This document shows, one piece after another, positions 1 to 10,700 of a stretch of 64,000 nucleotides of DNA. The notes under the pieces are model-generated. The model did not search any database. It had not been told where the DNA came from and saw only the letters and a program-made list of their open reading frames with translations. The stretch comes from Yuukianura sp. NJ FZ-2021 (lineage: Eukaryota). The position numbers and the translations under genes were made by a program. Positions within the stretch are counted from its first letter, which is position 1, and each line of letters begins with the position of its first letter. The stretch covers positions 806,001 through 870,000 of the forward strand of contig CM102283.1 of the NCBI GenBank assembly GCA_046563655.1, read 5' to 3'.

Positions 1-405
1 GCTCTAATGCAGAATTTGTCCGTTTGTTCAGAGGAGGCTTGAACCCGTTTTGTTTGTGTTAATGTATGATATTAAAATGTAAATAAAAATTTCAACTGAC
101 GATCAAAGTAGCCAAACAACACAACTCTTCTACACTCTGTGCAGTCGCTCTCGTGCTCCTGCCCAGGCAATATCTAGCATTGCGTCAGGCTTTGCTAAAA
201 AAGTGTAACGTTTTAAAATGAATTTTGGAAATCGGCAGCGTAGAGTTTCAAAATTTTCAATTTTTGGCAGTGGAATTTTTCAAAAAGTACAGCAAGATTG
301 GACTTTTGGCTATGCCGGACAACCAACAGAAAGTGAATTCACTAGAGGTCAGCTCTATGCACTGCTGTATACAGCACTTTTTCGATCAGCATGCAACGAG
401 CCATG

Positions 406-545
406 AGTAGTATGGAGAGTACACCACTTGTCAATACCCCAGCAAGAAAATAGACTAGAACACTTCTCAATCCCTCCCAGTGTAAACAGACTAGATCATT
501 TGTCAATACCTTTTCTAAGTAATCACAATCAGACTAGACCGTTTG
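406..545 (+). mobile_element. Possible Maverick/Polinton-type left terminus with short subterminal repeats
   Basis: Begins AGTAGTATGGAGAGTAC, followed by about three to four degenerate copies of AGACTAGA-(N)-CA-N-TT-(G/C)-TCAAT spaced roughly 30-40 bp apart. No matching TIR partner found. Confidence 0.3.
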
Positions 546-1462
546 GCAACAAAATTACGTAATTAAACCACGCTAATGGTCTAGGACCATTAATATGTAA
601 TTTAGCCACTTTAGTAGAAAGTCTTCTTTTGAGTAATGCCCAAATCAGTTCAAAACAGATTTCCAAAATGGTTGTTCCGTTTTCGTATGCTCCAGAATAT
701 ACATCTCTTATGCAAAAAGAAAAGCCAAAGTTCCAGCAAACAAATCCTTTCGACAAACTCCAGGATGAAACCTGGGAAGCCACAATTAACATTTCGTAAT
801 ATGGTGTCACCATCTTTACGGAAACCTACTCACGTGGTATGGGAAGCACTAACAAACAGCGAAATGAAACCTTTCCTTTCTTTTATCACTCGCAACTTTG
901 CAGAATACGACTTTTTTGGCCACTACGAACGCCAAATTTTTTCTCGGTACGACCACAACGATAGGACTTGGGTGAAGAATCTCAAAACTTCCTTAAAAAA
1001 ACCTTAAAAGGAACGTGTTGCCTTTCAACCAAAATTGCGCCCACGAGAACGATTTTGCAAGAATTTGAAGTTTTTCCTGGATGCGTTTGCGAAGGAATCG
1101 TCAACGTTTACTTGGCATTCGTTTTGCTTAATTGTATGGTGTACACAACAATGACCCAGTTTCAAGCAATCAACTTAGAATGAAGATAATTCGAGATTTG
1201 GGAATTCAATTAAGAAAACATTTTCTAGATTATTCTAGCTATGCTCGTAAAAACAAATTGTTTCTGAATAAAAATACTCCAGCACAGTTCACCTTTAGAG
1301 AGTAATTAATTTTCAATTAACTAACATTTTTTTAAATCATTTAACAATCCAAGGGATAGTTTTCTACAATCTCAACGCTTCATTAATTTTCAATTAATTT
1401 ACTTTCAACATCAATAAAACCCAACAGCGTTTAAGAAAATTTAGTTACAAAAAAATTCGAAA

Positions 1463-1810
1463 ATGGCTACAAGGTTGGTTGAGTATAGTTCATCAGAAGA
1501 ATCGGACGATGGGATTACCATTGAAGCAATTCGGTTGAGGCATTGTGTACAATGTAATCAAAAATTAAACCGTGTGATTGAGTTTCAAGGTCACTTGCGT
1601 ACAGCACATCCCAACACGATTAATCAACATGGTAGCGGCTCTCAGCGCAGTGTTCAAAATCCTTTGCCAATTGTTTTGTCCGGTGAAAGCCTAAACGATA
1701 CGTATCAAGAATTCCAAGTTCAAGTTGAGCCTAATCAAGTTTACACTATCGAAGAAATTTTTCAGCGACAACGCTCTTCCTTCATCACTTTGATTCAGAC
1801 GAGGACATGA
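1463..1810 (+). pseudogene. Truncated C2H2 zinc-finger ORF resembling the N-terminus of Maverick/adintovirus-type PolB proteins
   Basis: CVQC-x12-HLRTAH finger, then QHGSG (QxGxG motif) and ESLNDTYQEFQV...IEEIFQRQRSSFITLI. Cut off at ~1800 by unrelated sequence. Confidence 0.45.
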
Positions 1811-2608
1811 CTGACGTGGAGTGCGTAATTGAAGAAGAATCTGCCAGTGATCGGGACGATGACGATGTTCAAGAAGTCCTAGTGCCACAGGAAGACTTGG
1901 ACGAGTTGGATCCAATTCCAGAAGGGGTTCCAGAACCTGGTCATGCTGTTCGTCGCGTCGTCTTGGTCCAGCGACCACCAGAGGGTCCGGCTGTAGCGGA
2001 GGCGAGACGACGTGAACGTGCAAGAAAAAGGAAGAACAACGAGCGGAACGATTACAATCGAGGGGACTATGAAGAGCGTCAAGGAGCAACGGGAACAGCG
2101 TCGCATGAACGGAGCAGCCGCAGTTGCAGCTCAGTAGAAGCTGAATGTTCGCCAGGATTCGCCGTGGCAACCATCCATTCGAGTGAAGGAAGGTGAAGCG
2201 GCTGCTCATCGATTATCCTATTGTTAGTTATCATTAGGTTAGTGTTCAGATTCAGAGTAGGGGTAAGATGAGATGAGGATGTGTTTTGTGAGAGATTCGA
2301 AGAGAGGCGAGGTGGAGAGCAAGGTGAAGATTTGGATAGAGATTCAGATCAGTCTGGATTGTGCTGTGGTGGAGAAAAGATCAGTGGAGAGATGATCGGA
2401 TCGTATTTGTATTATATTTATTGGTGATCATTTTCAGTTTATTCTTACGCTTTAATAAATATATATTTATATATATATTTCCGCGATGTGTTGTTGGTGT
2501 CGGTGACCCTGATTATTGGTTGGTTGATGAGTCAGTGGACTCAGTATTTTAGGAGTCTGAGGCGTGGCTGCGGCCAAATTCTGGAGAGTAGCGGTGCGAG
2601 ACGCTACA
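1800..2608 (+). mobile_element. Probable LTR-retrotransposon 3' fragment/LTR
   Basis: Low-complexity acidic/basic ORF 1807-2196, then a purine-rich stretch, AATAAA at ~2454 and an end in GACGCTACA (2608) typical of LTR termini. No partner LTR in the window. Confidence 0.3.
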
Positions 2609-3039
2609 CTTAATAAAATTTGAGTTGCGCCCACATGTTATCGCGTTCATATCTGAACGTATTCTTTTTCCAACGTATCAGCCTTGGAGGCTCCTTGATA
2701 ATCGACGCATTATGTTGTTGCGCATGATGAACAGCTTCGGGAGATCTGACTTTGAAGAAGACATTGAAGAGCAGCAGAACAATTAAATTTTTGAGTTTTT
2801 TTTAAAAATAAACAAATTTCAAAAGTTTATTTTTCAGCTTCAACAACCTTGATTCGGAAAAATTTGACCGTTTAAAAAAGTGCATCTAATTTAGGTCTTA
2901 GCGGGGAAGATGATGCGATCTTTCATTTTTGATTTTCCTTGGTTAGCCGAAAGAGCTTTGACAAAAAATTTTTAGAAGGAGGAAAAAATTGGCGCGAAGG
3001 CTTTCGCACAAAATTTTTGGCGGGATAGAATTTTCGAAA

Positions 3040-3176
3040 ATTGTGACTTAACACCGGAAGTGGTTAGTTAAGTTCGAGACCGGAAATGACCAACTAAGGG
3101 ATTTTGTGCAGGTGTCCGATTTTGCAAATGGGCTTTAGACCCGGCTACTCACAAAATGCCGTCTACTCTCGCTACT
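3040..3176 (+). mobile_element. Possible Maverick/Polinton-type right terminus
   Basis: CCGGAAGT/CCGGAAAT motifs followed by GTCTACTCTCGCTACT (reverse complement AGTAGCGAGAGTAGAC). It shares AGTAGAC with the terminus of the 13591-19905 element. Confidence 0.3.
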
Positions 3177-4354
3177 ATGCCATACTCCAACGACGTCAAT
3201 GGACAGCTCGCCTGAGGGTATGTTGATGCGGCATATTTCAGACCGAAACTCAAAATCAACTAGAACTTTATTCACATTCAGTGGAGCCCCAATTTCCTAG
3301 ATCAGCAAAAGACAAATGTGGCTAGCACGCTCAAGTACTGAGAGTGAATATGAGACCCTCGCAAATGTCAGGAAAGAAGCGGTTTTGACCTCAATGATTC
3401 TGGTGGAATCCATATCACCCTGGTGATTTAATGTAACCAAAGGAATCCATCGGCTTAAAAACGGATGCTCAGAGTGCCATAAACTTAGCGAAGAATCCCG
3501 AACACCATGATAAAACACCATGAATCAATAATCGAAGAAATCTGTGACCTCTGGACGTATGGTTGAGTCGTCGTACCGACCAGAAGCACACCGATGACTC
3601 AGTGGAGCCTATCTCAAGTGTATGGCGTTGGGTGCACTGATTCCCTTTGTGACGGTCCATTCTAGCTCTAGGAAACTCGCAGAGGTCCAAGAACAATAAG
3701 GTGAACGTATACATTCCAGCACCAGATCAGTTAGACACTCTGTATTGGGGTTCCTCCGTTCAACCTACAAGCACTTAGCCTATGACCTAACCTAGGGCCC
3801 TGGTAGATATATCTTAGGGTAACTACATGCTTACTTCTCTGGGCTCGGTTAGGCTAGGTTAGGTTGAGAGCAGTGGGCGACTAAACAGCACGCGGATAAT
3901 CTCGACGCCTCGCTTAGTTGGTAGAAGAAAAAATCCGGAAGGAAGATCGTTGATATTGGAAACGGGAGACCGGTTTCGATTTTTATTATCAATCTTCTTC
4001 ACTATAATTTTGAAATTGAGAATTAAAGTTTTGTTTGTAGTTAGTAAGAATAATCTATTATTGTTAGTTTTTAGTTTTTTAAGTTAAAATGCTTAATCTA
4101 TATTAACCTTAAGCCTAAATAGAACAAACCAAAATCTTATATGGTATTAAATTTGGAAAAGATTTTAAAAAAAGTTTTTTTGAAAAAAATAATAAAAGAA
4201 TTTAACGTTTTTAACTTACGTCCTGTACCAGATAGCGAAAAGGCAGAGAGTTCGTAAAGGAATTTTGAAGTAAGGATCTTTTTGAACGAATTTTTAGTGG
4301 TTTTAAGAACAAATTTAAATTTTTTGGAGTTTAGAAGGCGACTTCTGAGTGGGT

Positions 4355-4777
4355 TCATGAGTGATTGAGTTGATGGACTTCAGGTTTGGATTGAGGAAGG
4401 ATTTTGGGTGGCTTGGCTTTCAAGTTGATTGGTGGTTGAGCAAAGACTTTCTCCAGAAGAGGGGCCGATGGGGTGGCGGGTGGTTGGGGGTCGTCAGAGT
4501 CCGAGTCTTCTGTTTGAACCTTTGGTGGGGCCGTGTAGCATTGAATGGCATTGAGACATTGTAGAATGGAATCTACTTTCTTGCTGACTTTGTAGATTTC
4601 GTAAGAGATGTCACAGTTGGTAGAGTTCAATTGCTCTTCAAGTTCAATTGCCTTTTGTAGATCTTCTTTGACATTTTTCTTAATGTCATCAAAATTGCTG
4701 GATAAGTAGAAGAATTTTCTAATGATTAAGATGATGATGACAACTGAAAGTAAAATCAGACCGGAAGCCACTTTCCT
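4355..4777 (-). CDS. Putative membrane-anchored coiled-coil protein (no ATG at the 5' end; begins at a candidate splice acceptor)
   Basis: Hydrophobic helix SGLILLSVVIIILII followed by RK, a heptad-like segment (IKKNVKEDLQKAIELEEQL...ISYEIYKVSKKVDSIL) and a Pro-rich tail. Preceded by TTTTAG at 4783-4778. Confidence 0.5.
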   Translation of the reverse strand, partial: RKVASGLILLSVVIIILIIRKFFYLSSNFDDIKKNVKEDLQKAIELEEQLNSTNCDISYEIYKVSKKVDSILQCLNAIQCYTAPPKVQTEDSDSDDPQPPATPSAPLLEKVFAQPPINLKAKPPKILPQSKPEVHQLNHS

Positions 4778-5573
4778 CTAAAATTTCCTGCGTCTCATTT
4801 CCGGTTTCATCGATGGTCAACTCTATGTTGCCCGCGTTTGGAAGAATGAACGTTGGAGGCGGCGTAGTTTTTTTGAGGCGTCGGTAAGGTGGACAAGCTG
4901 GTGTTCCTTCAATGATGCATCCATCCCAAAAATCAGTCTCCGTGGAGAAGCAGCGGGGGTAGGGATGAGAGGTAGGAATTACAGCTTTTGGGATTTCAGG
5001 TTTAGTACTGGATTTAAAATAGGTAGGGTCATATGGTCGGCTCTCTACCTTAACGCCAATCATGGTCAGGCAGCAACTGCAAAGTAGACATTTCCCAATT
5101 TTAGAATCTTTTCCATTATATGATAAAATAGTACAAATAATAAAAATAAATCCTGCAAGTGATGTAACAAAGGGATGATTCTGAATTTGATGAATGAGTG
5201 GTGGTGAGTCCAGTTCTTGACGGATGACTTTGTTGGGCAGTTGGAGGCATTGCCATGGAAGTCCGTTTTTTCTTTTCAGTTGCTCCTCGAAGCAGATTTT
5301 TCTTGGATCTGTCTGTTCGTCTCCAATACGAACGTTGATGTGGCCAAAGTTGTTTCCGGAAATTACATTGCCCGAATTTCGTTGGTTCAAATTTGATTCG
5401 GCATGTGAATTTTGTTGATTGGCTTGCATGTAAGTTTCAGATGCTAATTGGTTGAAAGCATCGTTGATGACATGGGTCTCTGTGTCAACGTTAGTCTTGA
5501 CAGAGCCTCCCAGTGGAGCTGCTTCGAGTTTAAGAAATAGAACTCCAAGAATTAGAAGGGCCCTGAAGAACAT
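4719..5573 (-). CDS. Putative type I membrane protein (~284 aa) downstream of Penelope-like RT
   Basis: Signal-peptide-like MFFRALLILGVLFLKLEA, Asn/Gln-rich ectodomain with a Cys pair, TM-like FVTSLAGFIFIICTILSY and Cys cluster CLLCSCCL. Intact ORF. Confidence 0.55.
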   Translation of the reverse strand: MFFRALLILGVLFLKLEAAPLGGSVKTNVDTETHVINDAFNQLASETYMQANQQNSHAESNLNQRNSGNVISGNNFGHINVRIGDEQTDPRKICFEEQLKRKNGLPWQCLQLPNKVIRQELDSPPLIHQIQNHPFVTSLAGFIFIICTILSYNGKDSKIGKCLLCSCCLTMIGVKVESRPYDPTYFKSSTKPEIPKAVIPTSHPYPRCFSTETDFWDGCIIEGTPACPPYRRLKKTTPPPTFILPNAGNIELTIDETGNETQEILEESGFRSDFTFSCHHHLNH

Positions 5574-5625
5574 CTGTGGAAGAGAGCATGTTGTTGTTTT
5601 TTTGAAGTTCAAAGTCTCGAAGGAA

Positions 5626-6220
5626 TTAGGTTAGTAGGATTTTCAAATTGTTGGGAACTTTATATACTTTTTTAGCGTTTTGAATGTAGTTTCTAATGTC
5701 TTGGGGAGTTGTATGTCTGGTAAATTGGTTTGTCATTTGTAGTAAAATGGAAATGAAAATGCCTGGTAGTTCTGGTAGGAATTTGTGAAAGGGACATATT
5801 AGATTAAGCGGAGGATTTTGCAGTAGTCTAACAGGTAAAATTTCAAATTTTTCTGCTATAATTGGATTATGAGTAAGGATGAAATTAAGTAAGTAGTTGG
5901 ATTTAGGTTTTAAGCATTGTTCACTGGTGAGTAAGCTTAATTTTTGTTGTGCCACTTGCAGTACTGTGTCCGGATAACCTCTTCTTTTAAAAGCATGGAA
6001 AAGTGTGGAGAGTTCCTGATCTCTGGTCATCGTTTCCGAATTGTTCCGGAAAATCCTAATACCTCGGGAGTATGGAAGACTGTTTTTAAGATGCATCGGA
6101 TGGTTAGAGGCATAGTGTAAAAAGAGATGTTTGTTACAAGGTTTTTTGTAAGTTTTAGTGTGGATGGCACCATTTTGGATAAAAACATTTAAATCTAAAA
6201 AGTTGGGATAATTGTCATGG
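5626..6220 (-). mobile_element. Penelope-like retroelement reverse transcriptase, C-terminal (thumb/HTH) part, 5'-truncated
   Basis: NFLDLNV...IHTKTYKKP...LFLHYASNHPMHLKNSLPYSRGIRIFRNNS...F..RGYP is the characteristic Penelope-like post-RT signature. No GIY-YIG motif follows before the stop. Confidence 0.85.
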
Positions 6221-6884
6221 TTTCTTGTTGGACACGGGAGCATTTGCTTTGACTGGAGATCAAACTTCTACCAACATGTACTCTGGTGTTTATTGGATTC
6301 CAATAAATAACGTGCCCTACACAAAAGCATGTCCTCATGGTGGTCATTGCGATAAAAGCGTAGTTGCCAAATTTTCAACTATTCGCACCTGCGCCTGTGA
6401 AGCTTTGCCCGGCTTCAACCTGACACGCCTAGTACATTGGGTCCTTTGGAATCAATCCAGGAAACTGGAAGTATGAGTTGTCTAAGCCGAGTCGCAGAAA
6501 CTGGTATTGGTTTGAAAACAGCACTGGTTAACTTGTTGAATGCAACGGATAGTTCAGAATCACCAAAATGGCATCAGTAGGGATGATGTTGTTGGTTGAT
6601 CCCTTTTAATTGTTGTGTTAGTTAGTTATCTGTGGTTATCGTTAGTTAATGGTTAGTTAGTAAATTGTATTAATAAATAAAAAAAAAGATGCCCATCTGT
6701 CGGTGTGATGTGTGTTTGATGAGCGTGTGTGGGTGTCCGTGCCTTCGACGCGGTGGATTTGAAATAGCGGAAAGTGCATGGTACAGCTGATTTCACCCTT
6801 TTCACGTTGGGTATTAATAACATAGAAGACTGTTTCTTTCAAACACATTTTAATAGCTCACTTTCATCATTAACCTAAGTTATA

Positions 6885-8650
6885 ATGGCTTCAAGTGTTC
6901 CAATGGAAAAACTCCGTGCTGCGGTTGAAAGAACGAAGGTAGTCGATTCTCCAACCTCTATGGCAGATATTAGGCTGCTAAAGAAATTACTGGGAATCTG
7001 TGGGAAATATTCAAAAATTCCTACAGCAGAAATCAGAATCAGACTGCGAATCTGTGGTATGCGTATCATTTTTATTTCAGGCTCTGCCTCTATTCAAAAT
7101 TAACTTTTCTCAGCATTGAGGTTAAGTTAGCCAAACATTAGTACACGTTTTTATGAATGTTATTTTAATTTGTTTTACAGTTAAATGTGAACGGGGACCA
7201 ACTCGAAATAAAACGAATCGGAGCACTGACGCAGTTAGGCGAAGGAGGGGTGCCCTTTTATTTATGCCAATGGGAGTAAGTGAATTAGGTTAACCTGTTG
7301 AACTTTCTTGTCTAGTACACAACGAAAATTAACCTAGCCAAATTTTACTCAAATATTTTTTTAATTTGAAATCTTAATTTCAGAGATACCGCGCTAGAGG
7401 CGCATCAGTTTAATACGACGGATCTCATAGACGAATTCCACGACGTTTTAAAAAAACTTTGGAAAAGTTACATTTATTGGCCAAATTGGGCAACGTGTTA
7501 CTCTTCCAGCCTTCATGACTGGTGCTTAATTTTGTTTAATTGATCATATTGCTGAGTTGTTATACGTTTTAATGAAATTATTTTGTTGTAGCTTACATTA
7601 ATCCCAAAGATTTTCCGACTACGGTAGAAGGAATCAGTGTCACACAAGTTGTGCGCGCTGTATGCGGAATTCTATTAAAACGGAGATCTGCCGCAGAACA
7701 CTTAACAAAATTTCATCCACTCAATGCAGAATGTTTGCGCTGTGGGTGTCCAGAGGGTCCTAGGGTGAGCAGAATAGACGACCATCACAAACAGTGCAAA
7801 TTCTGTGAGTGTGGAGAGCAATTTGAAGTAAGATTTTAAATTTTCAAAAGAAAGATTTGGCTAACCTAACCTAAACTTTAAAATACTTCATGTTCTGAAT
7901 TTTGTTAGTCAGTTGCTGATAAGATGTCGCACTTTGCCAAATGCTTCAACTGTCGCTCTGGCGAACAGATGGACAAGGTATCTAAGCTACGCGAACATCT
8001 CAAATCAAGTTGTAAAAAGTGCTTGTGCGGGAGCAGTTTTTTGACTTTGAAAGGAAGACAGGCGCATATGAAGAAATGCATCAGATGCAAATTTCAATAT
8101 GCCTCCGAAACAGATTTAGTTGAACATCGTTCGCTGTGCCTCCTTTTGCCATACTATGAAACTACCAAAGGTACGTTATGCTCCTTACCAAGAGACTGGA
8201 CTTGTCTTATATTTTTACTTATTTAACTTGAAATTAGTCGACAATCCAGCTGTTACAATGGATGTTAATAAAAAGACGAAAACAAAGAAGCGGAAACAGA
8301 ATCAAAAGGGCAAACCAGCAACTGGTGAGAAAAAAGTTCTTATACTTTCTAAATCTAAACAAAAGTCTTAAAAAACGAAACTTCATATTTCTGTTTAGTC
8401 GACATTTCCGCCGTCACAATGGACAGCAATGAAACAAGGAAGTCCAAGAAGCAGAACCAGAGGCCAATGCAAGAATCTGCAGCTGGTAAGAAAAAATTTT
8501 CTTATATTTTCTAAACACATAGCAAAATTTTAGAAACATTTACCTTCGAGTTAGTCAAAAGTCCCGCGGCTACAATGAAAGTCAAGCGAAAAAAAAAGAC
8601 GAACAAGCGCAAACAGAAATAATGGAGTGACTCAACTGCAAAACGTGAGT
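6885..8650 (+). CDS. Multi-exon Cys/His-rich (C2HC-like zinc finger array) gene, possibly a pseudogene
   Basis: Exons with repeated CxC/CxxC...H...C motifs (CKFCECGEQFE | SVADKMSHFAKCFNC...HLKSSCKKCLCG...HMKKCIRCK...HRSLC), GT-AG introns (e.g. donor GTAAGA at ~7828), and three Lys-rich terminal exons. Confidence 0.55.
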
Positions 8651-8673
8651 AAACAATTGTCTTAAATTTTTCC

Positions 8674-9096
8674 TCAACGAAAAGCGCTTCTTAAAAGATG
8701 TTGAATTAATTTGATGCCTTCGATGGACAGTTCAGTTTCGTCGTTTACGTCTATAGAATCCGACTGTTCGTTGTTGGAATCTTTTGTGTCGGCTGCGTCC
8801 ACGGTGGAGTCAGTTCCGTCTTGCGATGTATTATCATTTTCAGTTGGATCACTTCCATCCGACTCACTTTCTGGAACAGGGTCTTGATAACGATTTGTGT
8901 TCCTGAAAAATCCTTTGCCCTTTTGGGATTTATGAACGCTTTGAATATGGCGCTGAAGGGTGTACTTTCGTGCAAGCCGTTTATGGCATCTCGGACATTG
9001 AAATTTTCCTTTCTTCGGAACAGACTTTCTTTGACGCTCGCTTTTGGTGTCTTCCACAAGCCTGACTCCTCCCATGTTCAGTGGGTTGATTCCCAT
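8674..9096 (-). CDS. Truncated C2H2 zinc-finger protein with acidic region, probably mobile-element derived
   Basis: FQCPRCHKRLARKYTLQRHIQSVH finger immediately followed by SQKGKGF (QxGxG motif) and a Ser/Asp/Thr-rich tract. Confidence 0.55.
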   Translation of the reverse strand: MGINPLNMGGVRLVEDTKSERQRKSVPKKGKFQCPRCHKRLARKYTLQRHIQSVHKSQKGKGFFRNTNRYQDPVPESESDGSDPTENDNTSQDGTDSTVDAADTKDSNNEQSDSIDVNDETELSIEGIKLIQHLLRSAFR

Positions 9097-9256
9097 GTTT
9101 TGGATGGTTTCCCTTCAAAAGGCAAATTAAAACTGAAGGCAGGAAAGTTGAATCCCTTCTTCCACATGGGAACAAAAACGGACAAGTTGGCGAGTTGAAT
9201 GTAGAAAGTAGTTTTGGTTTTGTTCTATTATAATGAGTTATATAAGAAAGAGAATA

Positions 9257-9288
9257 TAAGTATAGTGAAAGTACTTTCACTATACTTA
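9257..9288. repeat. Perfect 32-bp palindrome
   Basis: TAAGTATAGTGAAAGT/ACTTTCACTATACTTA is its own reverse complement. Confidence 0.95.
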
Positions 9289-9598
9289 CTGGTTGTGCTG
9301 TTTCTGTTTCTCACCACAGAAGGGAGCACTATACCTATCTGAGGGGAAACACCAAAACTATTTTGTACTTTCACTTCGTGTATCTATGGTGCCGTTTTTG
9401 TTTCCCACTGCAGAAGGGATCCAAGTGTCCACTAATGAAGGTTCCTTACCCCTGTCGTCGCTCCGAAATGCAGAATAAAAGTGAGCAGCAGTGGATTACA
9501 ATACGTATTTTAAATGAGAATATTTGAAAATGAGGCACCTTCCGCATCATTCTGGATGGCAGGGTTGGTCTGGCAAAAGCCGCGGAGTAAATCAGAGC

Positions 9599-9718
9599 TA
9601 CGGGTTGGGGGGCGCGATAACTTTTGCACAAAAGCGCGGGAATAATAAAATTTTTATTGATATATTTAAAAGTTTGTGTGTGAAATTGCGGCGCACCCCG
9701 GCGCGCCCCCAACCCGTA
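9599..9718. repeat. GC-rich inverted repeat pair, possible miniature TA-flanked MITE
   Basis: TACGGGTTGGGGGGCGCG (9599-9616) versus CGCGCCCCCAACCCGTA (9702-9718), with a one-base indel. Confidence 0.55.
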
Positions 9719-9849
9719 CCTCTTTCGAACCTTACGTCATTCCTGCAGCGGACCCAACAATGCATGTGGAATTTGTAGTATGGAGCACATGAAAGACAAG
9801 AACTTCAACGAGGTAGGGGCAATGTACCTCGACTTTAGTTTGAATAGAA

Positions 9850-10700
9850 GTTCTAGTGTAATATATAAATTGTGTCGACATTGACGGAGGTCTGGCAGAA
9901 GAATTGAAGCCACTTTTTGATATGCTCAAACTTTAAACCGAGGTACGTGTTCTGTTGTGAATTTTCATTCTTCGCAATGGTGTGAAATTAAAGCAATTCC
10001 AGATCAGACAGCCGAAACAGAAGCTGAATTCTTTCATGAACGGGTTATTTTGTAGAATGGATTCAATAAAATTTTAAAACCTAACTAAGTGAAAATGGTG
10101 GTCCATATATTAGTAATATTTTGAAAACCTATTGTCAATCGTATAACAAAACATTTTTGTCACTCCATACAATTCGAGGGAAGTGGTCTTTCTGAACGTT
10201 TACACTCAACAGTTAATCGAACGGTTTCACACTATGTTAGCACTATGCATGATAATTGGGATGAAAATTTAGATCAATTACAGATTGCTTATAACACTTC
10301 TAAACAAGAAAGTACACATCAGACTCCTTATCGAGTAGTTTTCAACAGAGAACCTAATTTTCCTTACGAAATTTCGCAACCTGGAGCTGTAAGATCAAAT
10401 TCAAATATTCTAGTCAGAAAATTAGTTACAGAATTCTTGAAGAAAGAGCAGGCAAGGTATAAATGTTAAGAGCAAAAATCCTTACACAAAAATAAAACTC
10501 AAAATTGTACAGTTACAAAATAAGGTCCAAACACTATCCTAAGTTCCAACACCCTCAAAATAGAAATTACTTTCTAGAAACCCGTTATAACGGTAAATTA
10601 GGACTCAAGAAACCACGGAAAAGTAACCTCGAAAATCGGTATATAAAGGCTAAGCTTTATTTGGATTTAAAACTTTTTTATATCACATACACATTAGGTG
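9850..10700 (+). mobile_element. Degenerate Ty3/Gypsy integrase fragment with downstream LTR-like sequence
   Basis: With stops and frameshifts: W.EIKAIPDQTAET.AEFF.E.VI, TPYNSRGSGLSERLHSTV, NWDENLDQLQIAYNTSKQESTHQTPYRVVFNREP. The motif TTCTAGAAACCCGTTATAACGGTAAA (~10572) recurs in the LTR at ~21197. Confidence 0.85.

Noticed and set aside
400-3182. Single intact Maverick with TSD spanning 406-3176
   Set aside because: Flanks GCCATG and ATGCCA are not a direct duplication, and the ends share only a few bases.
3205-3255. Hammerhead ribozyme near the Penelope-like element (CTGAGG...CCGAAAC with hairpin)
   Set aside because: The core does not match CUGANGA, stems I and III could not be built convincingly, and it is antisense to the RT. 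A covariance-model search would settle it.
4775-4790. AAATTTT slippery site linking the two membrane ORFs by -1 frameshift
   Set aside because: The heptamer is out of phase with the upstream ORF, and a TAG in the downstream frame follows it immediately.
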